Shown: positions 1-11,176, counted from the stretch's first letter. The stretch: DNA of 64,000 nt from Nitrospirota bacterium (GCA_963788195.1 CAWBGA010000013.1:224001-288000); one strand, 5' to 3'. The notes: a model not told the origin generated them from the sequence alone. Made by a program: numbers and translations.

Positions 1-2
1 AC

Positions 3-251
3 GATCGCGCAGCCCTTGGGCTCGCGGGAGTGGCCATCAAGGCCGGCGCCCGAAGCGCGGTGGCTACACTGTGGTTTATCAATGATCAAGCGTCCTCGGA
101 CTTGGTCGCCGAGTTCTACCGGCAAATTCAAGATCCATCGGTATCAAAGGCCGCGGCGCTCCAGCGGGCGCAGTTAAAGATGATCGGGGATCCGGTTTAT
201 CGTCATCCGGCCTATTGGGCCGCGTTCCTCTTATTGAATAACTGGCTGTAA
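3..251 (+). CDS. CHAT domain (caspase-like) protein, C-terminal part (5' truncated by the window)
   Basis: Frame reads DRAALGLAGVAIKAGARSAVATLWFIND...ALQRAQL...HPAYWAAFLLLNNWL, the typical CHAT C-terminus. Confidence 0.85.
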   Translation, partial: DRAALGLAGVAIKAGARSAVATLWFINDQASSDLVAEFYRQIQDPSVSKAAALQRAQLKMIGDPVYRHPAYWAAFLLLNNWL

Positions 252-254
252 GGC

Positions 255-2217
255 ATGGGAGGGATATTAAAGGCGCTGCGCTCGCCCCCTGTTGCGAGCT
301 TTGTCGTGAGCAGCTTCGTCGCGCTCGCCGTCCTTGGGGTTCGCAATGCGGGGTATCTCGAGTCCTGGGAACTCAAGGCCTACGATTGGTTACTCCGTCT
401 GCAACCCATCCCTCAGCCCCGTCCGGCCCCGGTCGTCCTCATTGCAATCACGGAACACGATGTCGAAGCCATGAAAAGCTGGCCCTTGACGGATGCGGTG
501 CTGGCGGAAGCCCTGCAAAAACTCCTCCTACTCAGGCCACGCACCATCGGAGTCGACATCTACCGCAACTTCTCAGTGCCTCCGGGAGAAGGACAACTGA
601 ACGAATGTCCTGACCCGCAACTCCGAAGTCATCATGGTGATGAAATTCGGGGAGACCCCGCAGGGAACTGTCGCGCCGCCTGCTGTGCTCGACGGGACAG
701 AGCAAATTGGATTCAATGACCTCCTGGTCGATCAGGACGGAGTCGTGCGCCGCGGCCTCCTCTTCCTGGATGACGGCATCCACAGCTTCTATTCGTTCTC
801 GCTCCGGTTGGCGTTGCAATACCTGCAAGCAGCCGGGATCAGGCCTCAACCTGATCCGGCGAAGCCGGAACACGTCCGGCTGGGCGGGGTGACCCTCACA
901 CCGTTGGATACGAACGACGGCGGCTATGTGAACACCGACGCCCGGGGCTATCAAATCCTGCTCGACTATCAGGGCCTTCGGACGCAGATACCTACATACC
1001 CTTTGACTGCTTTGCTGGGTAACCAGATTCCTCCAGAGGCGATCCGAGACAAAATTGTGCTTATAGGGGTCACCGCGGTCAGCATTCCAGATCTGTTCCA
1101 TACCCCCTATAGCTCCGGAAGTGGTGTCGAGCAGCGGGATACATTTGGGGTTCTCATTCATGCCTACACTGTTGACCAGTTGTTGCGCGCCGGATTGCAG
1201 GGAGTCTCCCCGATCAGATCCCTCAGCGAATCGCAAGAAGCTCTGTGGATCGCAATGTGGGCTCTCGTCGGAGGTGGCATCGCGCTTCTTGGCCACTCGC
1301 TGTGGCGGTTTACCCTCATTACCATCAGCGGGCTGATCTTCCTGGGTATCATCGTGTATGCCGCCTTCACGAAGGGCTTTTGGATTCCCGCTGTCCCTCC
1401 CGCGCTCGCGTGGCTCGCCTCCACAGCACTGATTACCGCCTATCTTTCAAATCTTGAAAAGCGCGAACGTGCTGTGCTGATGCAACTGTTTTCTCGCCAT
1501 GTCTCTCCGGAGGTCGCTGAGACTATCTGGCGCCAGCGGGACCAATTTTGGGATGGAGGGAGGCCTCGGTCTCAGCAACTGATCGTCACGGTGCTGTTCA
1601 CCGATCTCGAAGGATTCACGCCCGTCGCGGAGAAACTGGACCCGCAGGGATTAATGGACTGGATGAACGAATACATCGAGACAATGGCGCAATTAGTCAT
1701 GAAGCACGGCGGCGTGGTGGATGACTACTATGGAGACGCGATCAAGGCCAACTTCGGCGTGCCCTTGCCGCGCGTATCTGAAGCCGAGATCAAACAGGAC
1801 GCGATGAACGCCGTCAGCTGTGCGCTGGCCATGGAAGCAGAGATGCGACGCCTGCATGCTATATGGAAGCAGCAGGGAATGCCGACGGCGCGGATGCGGA
1901 TTGGAATTTTTACAGGCCCGGCCGTAGCCGGCAGCCTGGGAAGCGCCCAACGGTTGAAGTACACCACTGTCGGCGATACGGTCAATATTGCCGCAAGGCT
2001 TGAAAGCTATGACAAGGATTCAGCAGATATTTTTGCCGCCAGCCCGTGCCGGATCCTTGTGGGCGAATCCACGGCACGATACTTGCGAGATCATTACCAT
2101 ATGACGAAGGTAGCGGTGGTGAGACTCAAGGGAAAGACCGAGCAAATTTCGGTGTATCAGGTTTTGGACGGAGCGACTCCACAAACGCTCGGCATTGGAC
2201 AGGAGGAACGCACATGA
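255..2217 (+). CDS. CHASE2 sensor + transmembrane helices + class III adenylate/guanylate cyclase (frameshift near 607)
   Basis: ORFs 255-719 and 634-2217 join into one protein. CHASE2 motifs (WPL.D..LA, IGVDIYR, DQDGVVRR, DLFHTPY, GVLIHA); cyclase motifs FTDLEGFT, GDAI, RIGI.TG, GDTVNIAARLES. Confidence 0.88.
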
Positions 2218-2978
2218 CCCCGTGTAAGTTGGCAACAGCGCTGTTAATGGCGGGCTTAATCCTGGGAGTTCCATTCTCCGGATCAGGGGCGGACACCCCA
2301 CCAAAGAAACCTGACCAGGCAGGGGACGTCAGCAAAAAAATAACGTCAACGTCTCCGGTGCCGGTCTATAAGCCCCCGGTTCGTGGAGCGCCGGGCGGAC
2401 GTGTCGGAGGAGGTACCCGCGGTATCGGAGGTGCCCGCGCGATCGATCAAACGTTTGTTCTGTCGGTGGTCGCGCCGAATCATACGGGTCTGACCACCCA
2501 AGAACAGCCGGAGCTGTTCTGGTATCTCTCGAAAGCAATCTCCGCTCCGATGGAGTTCACCCTGATGGATGATACAGGCATCAAACCGCTGATCGAAGCG
2601 TCACTCGGCGTGCCGTCCCGGCCAGGCATTCAAAGAGTGCGACTTGCGGATTACGGTGTACGACTTGAGCAGGGGAAGCATTACGAATGGTTCGTCGCAT
2701 TGGTCGTTGATCCTGACAGACGCTCGAAAGACGTGTTGGCGGGAGGGGCTATTGAACGGGTCGAGCAGCCTAAGGACCAGCCGGGGCGGCCGACTTCAAT
2801 GTCGGATGCCGAACTGGCGAGGTTCTATGCCGAGCATGGAATTTGGTACGACGCCATTGCGGCGGTCTCGAATTTGATTGAGGCCACGCCTAACGACTCC
2901 ACTTTGAGAAAGCATCGCGCTGCTCTGTTGGATCAAGCAGGCCTGCAGGAGATTGCCGAGGCTGAGCTGCGGCCGTGA
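2214..2978 (+). CDS. DUF928 domain-containing secreted protein
   Basis: ATG overlaps the upstream stop (ATGA) with SD AGGAGG; signal peptide; motifs PP.RGAPGGRVGGGTR, GLT..EQPELFWY, YAEHGIWYDA. Confidence 0.8.
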   Translation: MTPCKLATALLMAGLILGVPFSGSGADTPPKKPDQAGDVSKKITSTSPVPVYKPPVRGAPGGRVGGGTRGIGGARAIDQTFVLSVVAPNHTGLTTQEQPELFWYLSKAISAPMEFTLMDDTGIKPLIEASLGVPSRPGIQRVRLADYGVRLEQGKHYEWFVALVVDPDRRSKDVLAGGAIERVEQPKDQPGRPTSMSDAELARFYAEHGIWYDAIAAVSNLIEATPNDSTLRKHRAALLDQAGLQEIAEAELRP

Positions 2979-2998
2979 ACTAGAAGGCTCAGCCGTAC

Positions 2999-3025
2999 CT
3001 GGGGAGCAGTTCGCCTGCTCCCCAG
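2999..3025 (+). terminator. GC-rich hairpin after the DUF928 gene (possible terminator, no clear U tract)
   Basis: Perfect 11-bp inverted repeat CTGGGGAGCAG-ttcgc-CTGCTCCCCAG. Confidence 0.45.
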
Positions 3026-3216
3026 CCCAACATGTGATACGGTTGTATCCAAACAGATAAAGGTTCCCCCGAGAAAGTTTTTCAACTCGCTCAACTGTCT
3101 TTTCGCGAAAACTGAGTAAATGACACCCAGCTGCTGAAGGCCAGCGTCCACTTGCGTCGGGCCGTGGGCTTTCGTTAAGGTGAGCCTCCTTTTGAACATC
3201 GGCGGGGGGAGGTAGG

Positions 3217-3885
3217 ATGACCTTCAGCCAGCACCTGCGATCGATCGCTCAGGATGTCTGGATGGCGCAGCTCACGCATCCGTTTGTCGTCGCGCTCGGC
3301 AACGGCACCCTGCCGGAAAGAAAATTCAAGTACTACATCCTGCAAGACGGCCGCTTTCTAGCCGAGCTCGCGCGCGTGTTCGCAATTTCCGCAAAGAAAT
3401 CCCCGGACGCGGATTCGACGATACGGTTCGCACAACTGGTGGAGGAGACCCTCGCCGTGGAGCGCTCGCTGCACGAAAATTATGGAAAGCGATGGAAGCT
3501 CTCGCCGAAACAGATGGGTGGAGTGCCGATGGCGCCGACCAACTATGCCTATACTCGTCATATGCTTCACGTCGCAGAGAGCGGCTCCGTACTGGACGCC
3601 ACCGTCGTCGCGCTTCCCTGCGCCTGGATCTATTGCGTGGTCGGCCGGCATCTGTTGCGGAAAGGCATGCCGTCGAAATCTCACCCCTATCGGGATTGGC
3701 TGATGCTCTACGCCTCTCCGGAATTCGCGGAAGTGGGGCGGTGGATGCGGGAAAAGGTGGACGCCTGGGCGAAGTCATCGAGCAAGGCGGAGCGTGGCCG
3801 TCTGGAGGAAGCGTTCCTGATCAGCTCACGGTACGAATGGATGTTCTGGGAGATGGCATGGAACGAGGAGGCGTGGCCTGTCTAA
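3217..3885 (+). CDS. tenA: Thiaminase II / aminopyrimidine aminohydrolase TenA
   Basis: HPFV..LG.GTL, YILQD, APTNYAYT, LPC.WIY (catalytic Cys), YEWMFWEMAW. Confidence 0.92.
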   Translation: MTFSQHLRSIAQDVWMAQLTHPFVVALGNGTLPERKFKYYILQDGRFLAELARVFAISAKKSPDADSTIRFAQLVEETLAVERSLHENYGKRWKLSPKQMGGVPMAPTNYAYTRHMLHVAESGSVLDATVVALPCAWIYCVVGRHLLRKGMPSKSHPYRDWLMLYASPEFAEVGRWMREKVDAWAKSSSKAERGRLEEAFLISSRYEWMFWEMAWNEEAWPV

Positions 3886-3908
3886 GAAAGGTGTTGGAAA
3901 AGAAAGGT

Positions 3909-3984
3909 TGGTGGAGCTGGCCGGGATTGAACCGGCGACCTCCTGACTGCCAGTCAGGCGCGCTCCCAACTGCGCCACAGCCCC
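3909..3984 (-). tRNA. tRNA-Ala(GGC)
   Basis: Reverse complement GGGGCTG...CCTGA-CT-GGC-AG-TCAGG...GGTTCAATCC...CAGCTCCACCA; 76 nt; G3-U70 pair; encoded CCA. Confidence 0.96.
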
Positions 3985-3995
3985 AGCCGATCCGG

Positions 3996-4024
3996 ATCAT
4001 AGCATCAGGGATAAGGGGAGTCAA
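3996..4024 (-). promoter_or_regulatory. sigma70 promoter for tRNA-Ala
   Basis: TTGACT-N17-TATGAT on the minus strand with an extended -10 TG. Confidence 0.7.
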
Positions 4025-4060
4025 TTATCGAGGAAAAACATACTGGTAGCGCGGTATTTG

Positions 4061-4089
4061 TTGACAACAAAAAATGATCAGCCTAGACT
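4061..4089 (+). promoter_or_regulatory. sigma70 promoter for purA
   Basis: TTGACA-N17-TAGACT. Confidence 0.72.
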
Positions 4090-4100
4090 TCCGGCGCTAG

Positions 4101-5474
<1,374 letters not shown>

Positions 5475-5546
5475 TCTTCCGCATTTCGCTGCGTGTCTCA
5501 TTGAAGGGCCATGCGCGCCCGTGCTAGAGTCTTTTTCCCGCAAGGT

Positions 5547-5622
5547 GAGCCGCTAGCTCAGTCGGTAGAGCATCGCCCTTTTAAGGCGAGGGCCCTGGGT
5601 TCGAGTCCCAGGCGGCTCACCA
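5547..5622 (+). tRNA. tRNA-Lys(TTT)
   Basis: GAGCCGC...TCGCC-CT-TTT-AA-GGCGA...GGTTCGAGTCC...GCGGCTCACCA; 76 nt cloverleaf with CCA. Confidence 0.96.
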
Positions 5623-5779
5623 AATTATGTATTCGAGCCGAGAATCCTCCGATTCCGACTGCGCTTTATCGTGGTTACGCGCGCTGTTTCCTTTTCTTCA
5701 CACGATAGCCAGCCAAGTAAGTATGTGACGGCTGAGACGTGGACAGGAAGACCCCGGCTCCCCCGTTGCACCTCCTGAC

Positions 5780-5798
5780 AAATCAGATAATATGATTT
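5780..5798. promoter_or_regulatory. Putative toxin-antitoxin autoregulatory operator overlapping the promoter
   Basis: Inverted repeat AAATCA-N7-TGATTT just upstream of the antitoxin gene. Confidence 0.4.
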
Positions 5799-5823
5799 CA
5801 CGTATTTCAACGGAGATAACTCA

Positions 5824-6108
5824 ATGAGGAAAACCATCTCCGCGACAGAGGCAGTACGCAACTTTTCTGACCTCCTAAACACGATTCGATTCCGCGGTGA
5901 AAGTTACACGATCGAAAGAGGGGGGAAACCGGTGGCCTCGTTCGGACCCGCGGCGCCGCCTGTCAGGGTGGCACTGAAGGATCTGCCTGGACTCTTGAGA
6001 GATTTACCGTCGCTTGGCCCAGATGCCAAAAGCTTTGCACGCGATGTCAGACGCAGAATGCGAAAGGCACCCGGTCTTCCTAAACGGAGCGACCGCCCTC
6101 GCCCATGA
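5824..6108 (+). CDS. Phd/YefM family antitoxin (C-terminus altered by a deletion)
   Basis: MRKTISATEAVRNFSDLLNTIRFRGESYTIERGGKPVA is a typical Phd N-terminal DNA-binding domain. Confidence 0.85.
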   Translation: MRKTISATEAVRNFSDLLNTIRFRGESYTIERGGKPVASFGPAAPPVRVALKDLPGLLRDLPSLGPDAKSFARDVRRRMRKAPGLPKRSDRPRP

Positions 6109-6181
6109 CGAGTCCGTCGCCACGTTCGACAAACGGGATTTCACGAAGATTCCCGGCCTGCGGGTCAACCTCATGCAATAA
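6086..6181 (+). pseudogene. C-terminal remnant of a VapC/PIN toxin
   Basis: Reads GATALAHDESVATFDKRDFTKIPGLRVNLMQ*, matching the PIN C-terminal pattern AATAL.H...V.T.N.RDF..IPGL; no start and no N-terminal part. Confidence 0.75.
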
Positions 6182-6283
6182 AGTCCGGAACCGGAACCTT
6201 CGCATCTCTTGATCGCAGTATGCCTCGCGCCGGGGTCCTCGTAGGTGGCCAATTCCGCGGATTATCGGCAGTTCTGTCCTTGA

Positions 6284-6330
6284 CCCTGTCAATTCTGACA
6301 GTTGCCACATTCTTTCGCCCGAATTACGAT
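6284..6330 (+). promoter_or_regulatory. lux-box-like palindrome plus -35/-10 upstream of the DUF3313 gene
   Basis: CCCTGTCAATTCTGACAGTT; TTGCCA-N17-TACGAT directly follows the 16-bp core. Confidence 0.7.
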
Positions 6331-6428
6331 GTCCCTTAGTCTATTGACGGTTCTATACCAAACCGTGTATCGGCATGAAGAGAAGACTTGTTTTGGTTAA
6401 TTCAGGACTCAGAGGAGGAGGAGGGGAT

Positions 6429-7149
6429 ATGCGTAATGTCGCAGGTGTCATGGTGCTCTGTATTCTCATCGCAGCAAGTGGCTGTGCGTCCACCCAGGAG
6501 GCAAAGTCGGTGGAAAAATCCGGCTTCCTCGGAGACTATTCCATGCTGAAGGAGGGCCAGCGCAGCGCCTTCGACGGAGGGCCCGGGAGACACGGCCCTG
6601 TTGGTCTACAAGAATCCAAGCGCCGATTGGCGCAAATACAAAAAAATACAGCTCGATCCCGTGACCATATGGCTGGGTAAAAACTCTCAACTGAGCAAGG
6701 TCCCGGTGGAAGATCGCAAGCACATGGCCGATATACTGTGGAAGAAGCTCGACGAGAACCTCAGGAAGGATTACGAAATGACGAACGAGCTCGGTCCTGA
6801 CGTGATGCGGGTCCAGGTCGCCATCACCGAAGGGGAAAAATCCAATGTCGTATTGGACACGGTGTCGAGCGTCATTCCCCAAGCGCGTATGTTATCGGGC
6901 GCGAAGAGCCTGGCGACCGGGGTCTCGGCGTTCACCGGTAGTGCGGCTGGGGAGATGAAGGTCACCGATGGCGGCACCGGAGACCTCATTTTTGCTGCGG
7001 TAGACCGCCGGGGCGGAACCAAGAGCCTGAGCGGAGTGACCAACTCCTGGAATGATGTAGATGAGGCCTTTCGGTACTGGGCTGAGAAGATGCGATACCG
7101 CTTGTGCCAATGGCGGGGCGGCACCAACTGCATTCCGCCGAAGGCATAG
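6429..7149 (+). CDS. DUF3313 family lipoprotein (frameshift near 6580-6600)
   Basis: Lipobox ASGC; SGFLGDYS.L; W.KY.KI.LDPV; E.KVTD..TG....AAVDRR.G. Confidence 0.8.
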
Positions 7150-7458
7150 CGGTTCTGTGAAAGGAGCCTGATCGATAACAAAAGGACATCTGGAATAACA
7201 AGGGACTGATGGTTGAGAAGAGGCTGCCGCCTTTTCGAGTGGCGCTGATGATGCGGCGGGGGTCTGATTCATGAGTTCGGTGTCTCCAATAACGAGAGGA
7301 TGTCTGCGGACGCTTGCGCAAAATCGGCGCCGAATCCACTGACGCCATGGCGGATGCGCTCGTTCGCGGAATCTCGCAGCTCGGGCTATTGGCGCAGCGC
7401 GAGTCTTGTCTAAGAACATGCCGATGCCTCATCACGCCCTGGCGGTGAAGGGCGTTCC

Positions 7459-8358
7459 TTGACATGGACGAAGGCAATCGGTTGCGGATCTCAAATAACC
7501 TTGTGCGTCATGGGTGCGGCGCTCCTGTGCGGAACACCGGTCCAAGCGCAAGCGCCGCCGAGCGAGACTCCCGCGGCTGCGCCGAACGAGGCGCAGGAGC
7601 AGCTGCAGCTCAAGCCTCTACTGAGACCCCTTCGCACCCTGTTGGAGCTAGCTCTCTCGCAAAGGGCGATAGAGGCGGGGACGAGTGAGACCGTCTTCCG
7701 CGCTCGGATACAGCTTCGCTATGAGCATCGTGACCGCCGGGACAACGCCGTCCAGGACAAGATCGTCTTACGGATCGATCGCCCTCTCTTCGATGACCGA
7801 TTATATTTTCGGGTTGATGTCCCTTATGAGCAGTTCGATCCCCACAACTCTGAAGAGACGACCGGCAAGGGCTTGGGGGATGTGTTGATCCGGACAGGGG
7901 CTCTTCTGGTCCAGCAGCCGAAATTCTCCTTCTTCGCCGGAACAGACGTCATCTTTCCCACCGGATCACAGGAGGATGCTGGGCGAGGTAAATATCAGGT
8001 CGGGCCCGGCGTCGTGGCGGAGGTGCCGATTCCTGAAATCAACACCCTTATCTCTCCCCTCGTCCAGCACTTTCAATCCGTGGGGGGCGATCCCAGCAGG
8101 CGCAACGTGAACTACACCAAGTTCCGCCCCAAAGTGAATACGATCTGGGAGGAGCAGTGGTGGACCAGCCTCGAGCCTTCGTGGATCGTGGACTGGACCA
8201 GGAGCAACAAGACGGCGCTCAATCTGGAATTCGAAGTGGGCCGTAAGCTGGGGAAGCACTATCGTATGTGGGTAAGGCCGGGCATCGGACTTTGGGGAGA
8301 TACCGTCATCGGCTCATATGACTGGCAGTTTGAGGTCGGCATGCGGTATATGTTTTGA
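7459..8358 (+). CDS. Putative outer-membrane beta-barrel/transporter-like protein
   Basis: Signal peptide; GLGD motif; FPTG; C-terminal Phe (VGMRYMF); paralogous to 52881-53848. Confidence 0.6.
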   Translation: MTWTKAIGCGSQITLCVMGAALLCGTPVQAQAPPSETPAAAPNEAQEQLQLKPLLRPLRTLLELALSQRAIEAGTSETVFRARIQLRYEHRDRRDNAVQDKIVLRIDRPLFDDRLYFRVDVPYEQFDPHNSEETTGKGLGDVLIRTGALLVQQPKFSFFAGTDVIFPTGSQEDAGRGKYQVGPGVVAEVPIPEINTLISPLVQHFQSVGGDPSRRNVNYTKFRPKVNTIWEEQWWTSLEPSWIVDWTRSNKTALNLEFEVGRKLGKHYRMWVRPGIGLWGDTVIGSYDWQFEVGMRYMF

Positions 8359-8553
8359 TCCGCCCGGAGCCGGGGGGACATGCGCATTTCCTTTCCAATT
8401 GGTCCCATTATGATTAAGGTGTTGCCTTGCCCCTTGGGATGCTAACCGGTTCAAAGTTGATTATTGATCTATTTTCACCTCTGCTCGCGCTCTAAATCTT
8501 TCTCCCTTCGCGCTCCCGGAACGCCCTTATGCGTCAAAATCGGCCCCTTTCGC

Positions 8554-8600
8554 CCCTGATACTTTTGACAGTATGAGCCAGGTAGCGGTTGGGATAAAGT
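8554..8600 (+). promoter_or_regulatory. lux-box-like palindrome plus -10 upstream of the cupredoxin gene
   Basis: CCCTGATACTTTTGACAGTA; TAAAGT 23 nt after the core. Confidence 0.55.
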
Positions 8601-8647
8601 CCTCGCGAAATCGAAGCGGACGGCAACAATTTCACAGGGAGGTCTGT

Positions 8648-9049
8648 ATGAAAGCAATCATTGGTGTTGGGATTCTAATGCTTCTGTTGAACGGAGGACT
8701 CCCGGTTTCTGCGGCGGACCCGGACATGCCGGGCGGTGAACCGAAGGACTTCCGAGTCGCAATCCTCAGCATCGATCCGGTCAGCTTTTACGCTCCTTCT
8801 GCGATCATTCTCGACGAGAGAGGGAGATTGAACCCGCTGGTCCTGATCGTCACCAACAACACGCAGAAAGAGCATGGGTTCGCGATGGACCCGGTCAAGA
8901 TCAAGGAAGTCTTGAAACCCGGCGAGAGCAAGACGTTTAAGCTATCGCAGACGGACTTGGATGCCCTCGGGACTGATCGGAGCAGCTTTAAGTATTACTG
9001 CCACCTTCACCCCGCACACATTGGCGGGCAGATCTATATCAAGCGTTAA
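8648..9049 (+). CDS. Secreted cupredoxin-domain protein, nitrosocyanin-like
   Basis: Signal peptide; VTN...EHGF...EVLKPGESKT; YYCHLHPAHIGG copper-ligand loop. Confidence 0.75.
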   Translation: MKAIIGVGILMLLLNGGLPVSAADPDMPGGEPKDFRVAILSIDPVSFYAPSAIILDERGRLNPLVLIVTNNTQKEHGFAMDPVKIKEVLKPGESKTFKLSQTDLDALGTDRSSFKYYCHLHPAHIGGQIYIKR

Positions 9050-9309
9050 GCGACAACCAGCAAGGCGGGAAGGGCAGAGCACCGCCCATCCCGCCTGTCG
9101 TATGCGCCACGCCCGCGCGCATGTCCGCGCCCTTGGACGCCCGCATTATCGCGGAGGCGACCGTCAAAACTTTTCCCCCGGGTGGTTTCTATCAACCCCG
9201 CCTGTCATCGCGGTGGACTGGGAAACGCCCAGGGGTCACGAAAAAGCAGTTGTGGGTCACCGGCATTTCTGTTAGTAAGCGCCTGGACCTCAGAAAGGAG
9301 GCTGGCGGC

Positions 9310-10717
9310 ATGGGACAGCTCACTCAACCTATGCGCTGGGTATGGCCACTGGCGCTCAGTCTTGTCGTGTTGCTTCCGCCGGTCGCGCAGGCGCAGCCGG
9401 TGGACGTTCCCCCCACGTGGGGCGGCGATCTCTCGTCCCGTCCCCGGCTCACCGGCAGCTGGGGCGGATTGCGAGACGAGCTCGGGAAGAAGGGCGTCGT
9501 CCTCGACGTGGATGTGCTTGGGACCCCGCAGGGCGTCGTGAGCGGAGGGCGGGACACCGGCGTGGACATCTGGGGTTCGAGCGAGTATACCCTCCATGTG
9601 GATACGCAGAAGCTGGGTCTCTGGCCGGGCGGCTTCCTCAAGGTTTACGGCATGAGCAGCTTCGGGCACAGCGTGAACCCCCGGATCGGCTCCATCGCCG
9701 GTGAACACTGCCACCTTGGTGCCCGCGATCAACGACCCTACCTCCTCGCTCATGAGCGCGACGTTCACGCAGTTCCTCAGCCCTAAGTTCGGCCTGTTTG
9801 TGGGCAAGGTCTATACACTCAATTTAATGGAGGGCGAGTTCACGGGCGACTACCATACCCAGTTTATGAACTCGGGGTTCGTCTTCCCTAGCACCATGGG
9901 GCTGGTGCCGATTGCGGCATACGGCGGAGGCGTGGTCGCTCTTCCGTGGGAGGGCGTCGTTCTGTCGGCCATGGTGCTCGACCCGAACGGCACGCCGACG
10001 AACAACGACTTGAACAAGCTGTTCAATGACGGCGTGACGGTCCTGAGCAATGGCCAGGTGACCATCAAGCCCTTCGGGCTCGTCGGCCACCAGAACCTTG
10101 GTTTCATGTGGAGCAACAAGGACCGCCTGTCGCTTCAGCAGGATCCCTCCAACCTCGCCCGGCTTGCCCTCGACGAGCGGTTCCCCCGCCTGGGGGATCC
10201 CGGCCCGGTGCTCAGACAAATCCTGGAGAAGTTCTTCCCGGCTCTGCTCGTTCCCACCCAGCCTGCCAACCGCGTGGATAACGCCTGGGCCGTGTTCTAC
10301 AGTTTCGACCAGTTTCTCTGGAACCCTGGGGGCGATCCGAAGCGCGGAATCGGGCCATTTTTCCAGTTCAGCATCACCGACGGCGTAGCGAACCCGGTCA
10401 AGTACTTTTATAGCGTGGGGATCGGCGGCAAAGGGGTGGTGCCGGGGCGCCCACGGGATTCTTTCGGGATCGGCTGGGCGCGCACGGAGTTCAGCAACAA
10501 CTTCGTACCGTTCCTGCGCCAGCAGCTCGGCCTGGGCCTCGACCGGGAGGACGCCGTAGAGATGTACTACAATGCCTCGATCACCCGCTGGCTCAACGCG
10601 AGCCTGGACCTCCAGATCATCGACACCGGCCTCACGAAGACGCTCGATTCGTCCAACCAGCTCCAGAACGTGGACACGGCGGTCGTGGTAGGGTTCCGGC
10701 TGTACATGCGGTTGTAG
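9310..10717 (+). CDS. Carbohydrate-selective porin, OprB family (frameshift near 9697)
   Basis: LTGSWGGLRDELGKKGV, QGVVSGG, GLWPGG, GR..D.FGIGW, EMYYNA.IT.WL..SLDLQ. Confidence 0.85.
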
Positions 10718-10742
10718 CGAGTGACCCTTTCCGGGGGATCTG

Positions 10743-11165
10743 ATGAAACGACCCATTAGCCTGACCCTCATCGCGTTTGCGGGTCTCTTTCAGGGTATGT
10801 GGGGTGTCCTTCGAGCGTTAGATTGGTTCCAGTCTGCCCGCGATGTGAGTGCACAGGGCGGGATCCTCGTTCTTCCGCTGGTGAGTGCCTTCGTGTTTGC
10901 GGGAGGAGTGCTTATCGTCATCATCGCTCTTCTATACTTCCTATTTGCTTGGGGAGCGCTCACTGGCCGAGGTTGGGTATGGGGGGTCGGACTCGCTGCA
11001 ACCGTGTTGAACTTGCTGATCGTCCTGCGGTTCGTGCTTCAAGAAGAGGAGCCGTTGGTGCCGGCATTGCTCTCGGCACTGATCCCCATAGTGCTCCTCT
11101 GCTACTTGATCGCCCCGGTCGGGCGTCGGGCATTCAACACACTGCCTATCGCGGAGCGCATGTAA
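10743..11165 (+). CDS. Hypothetical integral membrane protein (about 4 TM)
   Basis: Four hydrophobic segments; SD-like GGGGGA upstream. Confidence 0.6.
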   Translation: MKRPISLTLIAFAGLFQGMWGVLRALDWFQSARDVSAQGGILVLPLVSAFVFAGGVLIVIIALLYFLFAWGALTGRGWVWGVGLAATVLNLLIVLRFVLQEEEPLVPALLSALIPIVLLCYLIAPVGRRAFNTLPIAERM

Positions 11166-11176
11166 TACATCAAGCT

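Noticed and set aside
2979..3216. TPP riboswitch upstream of tenA
   Set aside because: The conserved CTGAGA...CCTGA...GCG.AGGG elements are not present in order; only a simple hairpin is visible.
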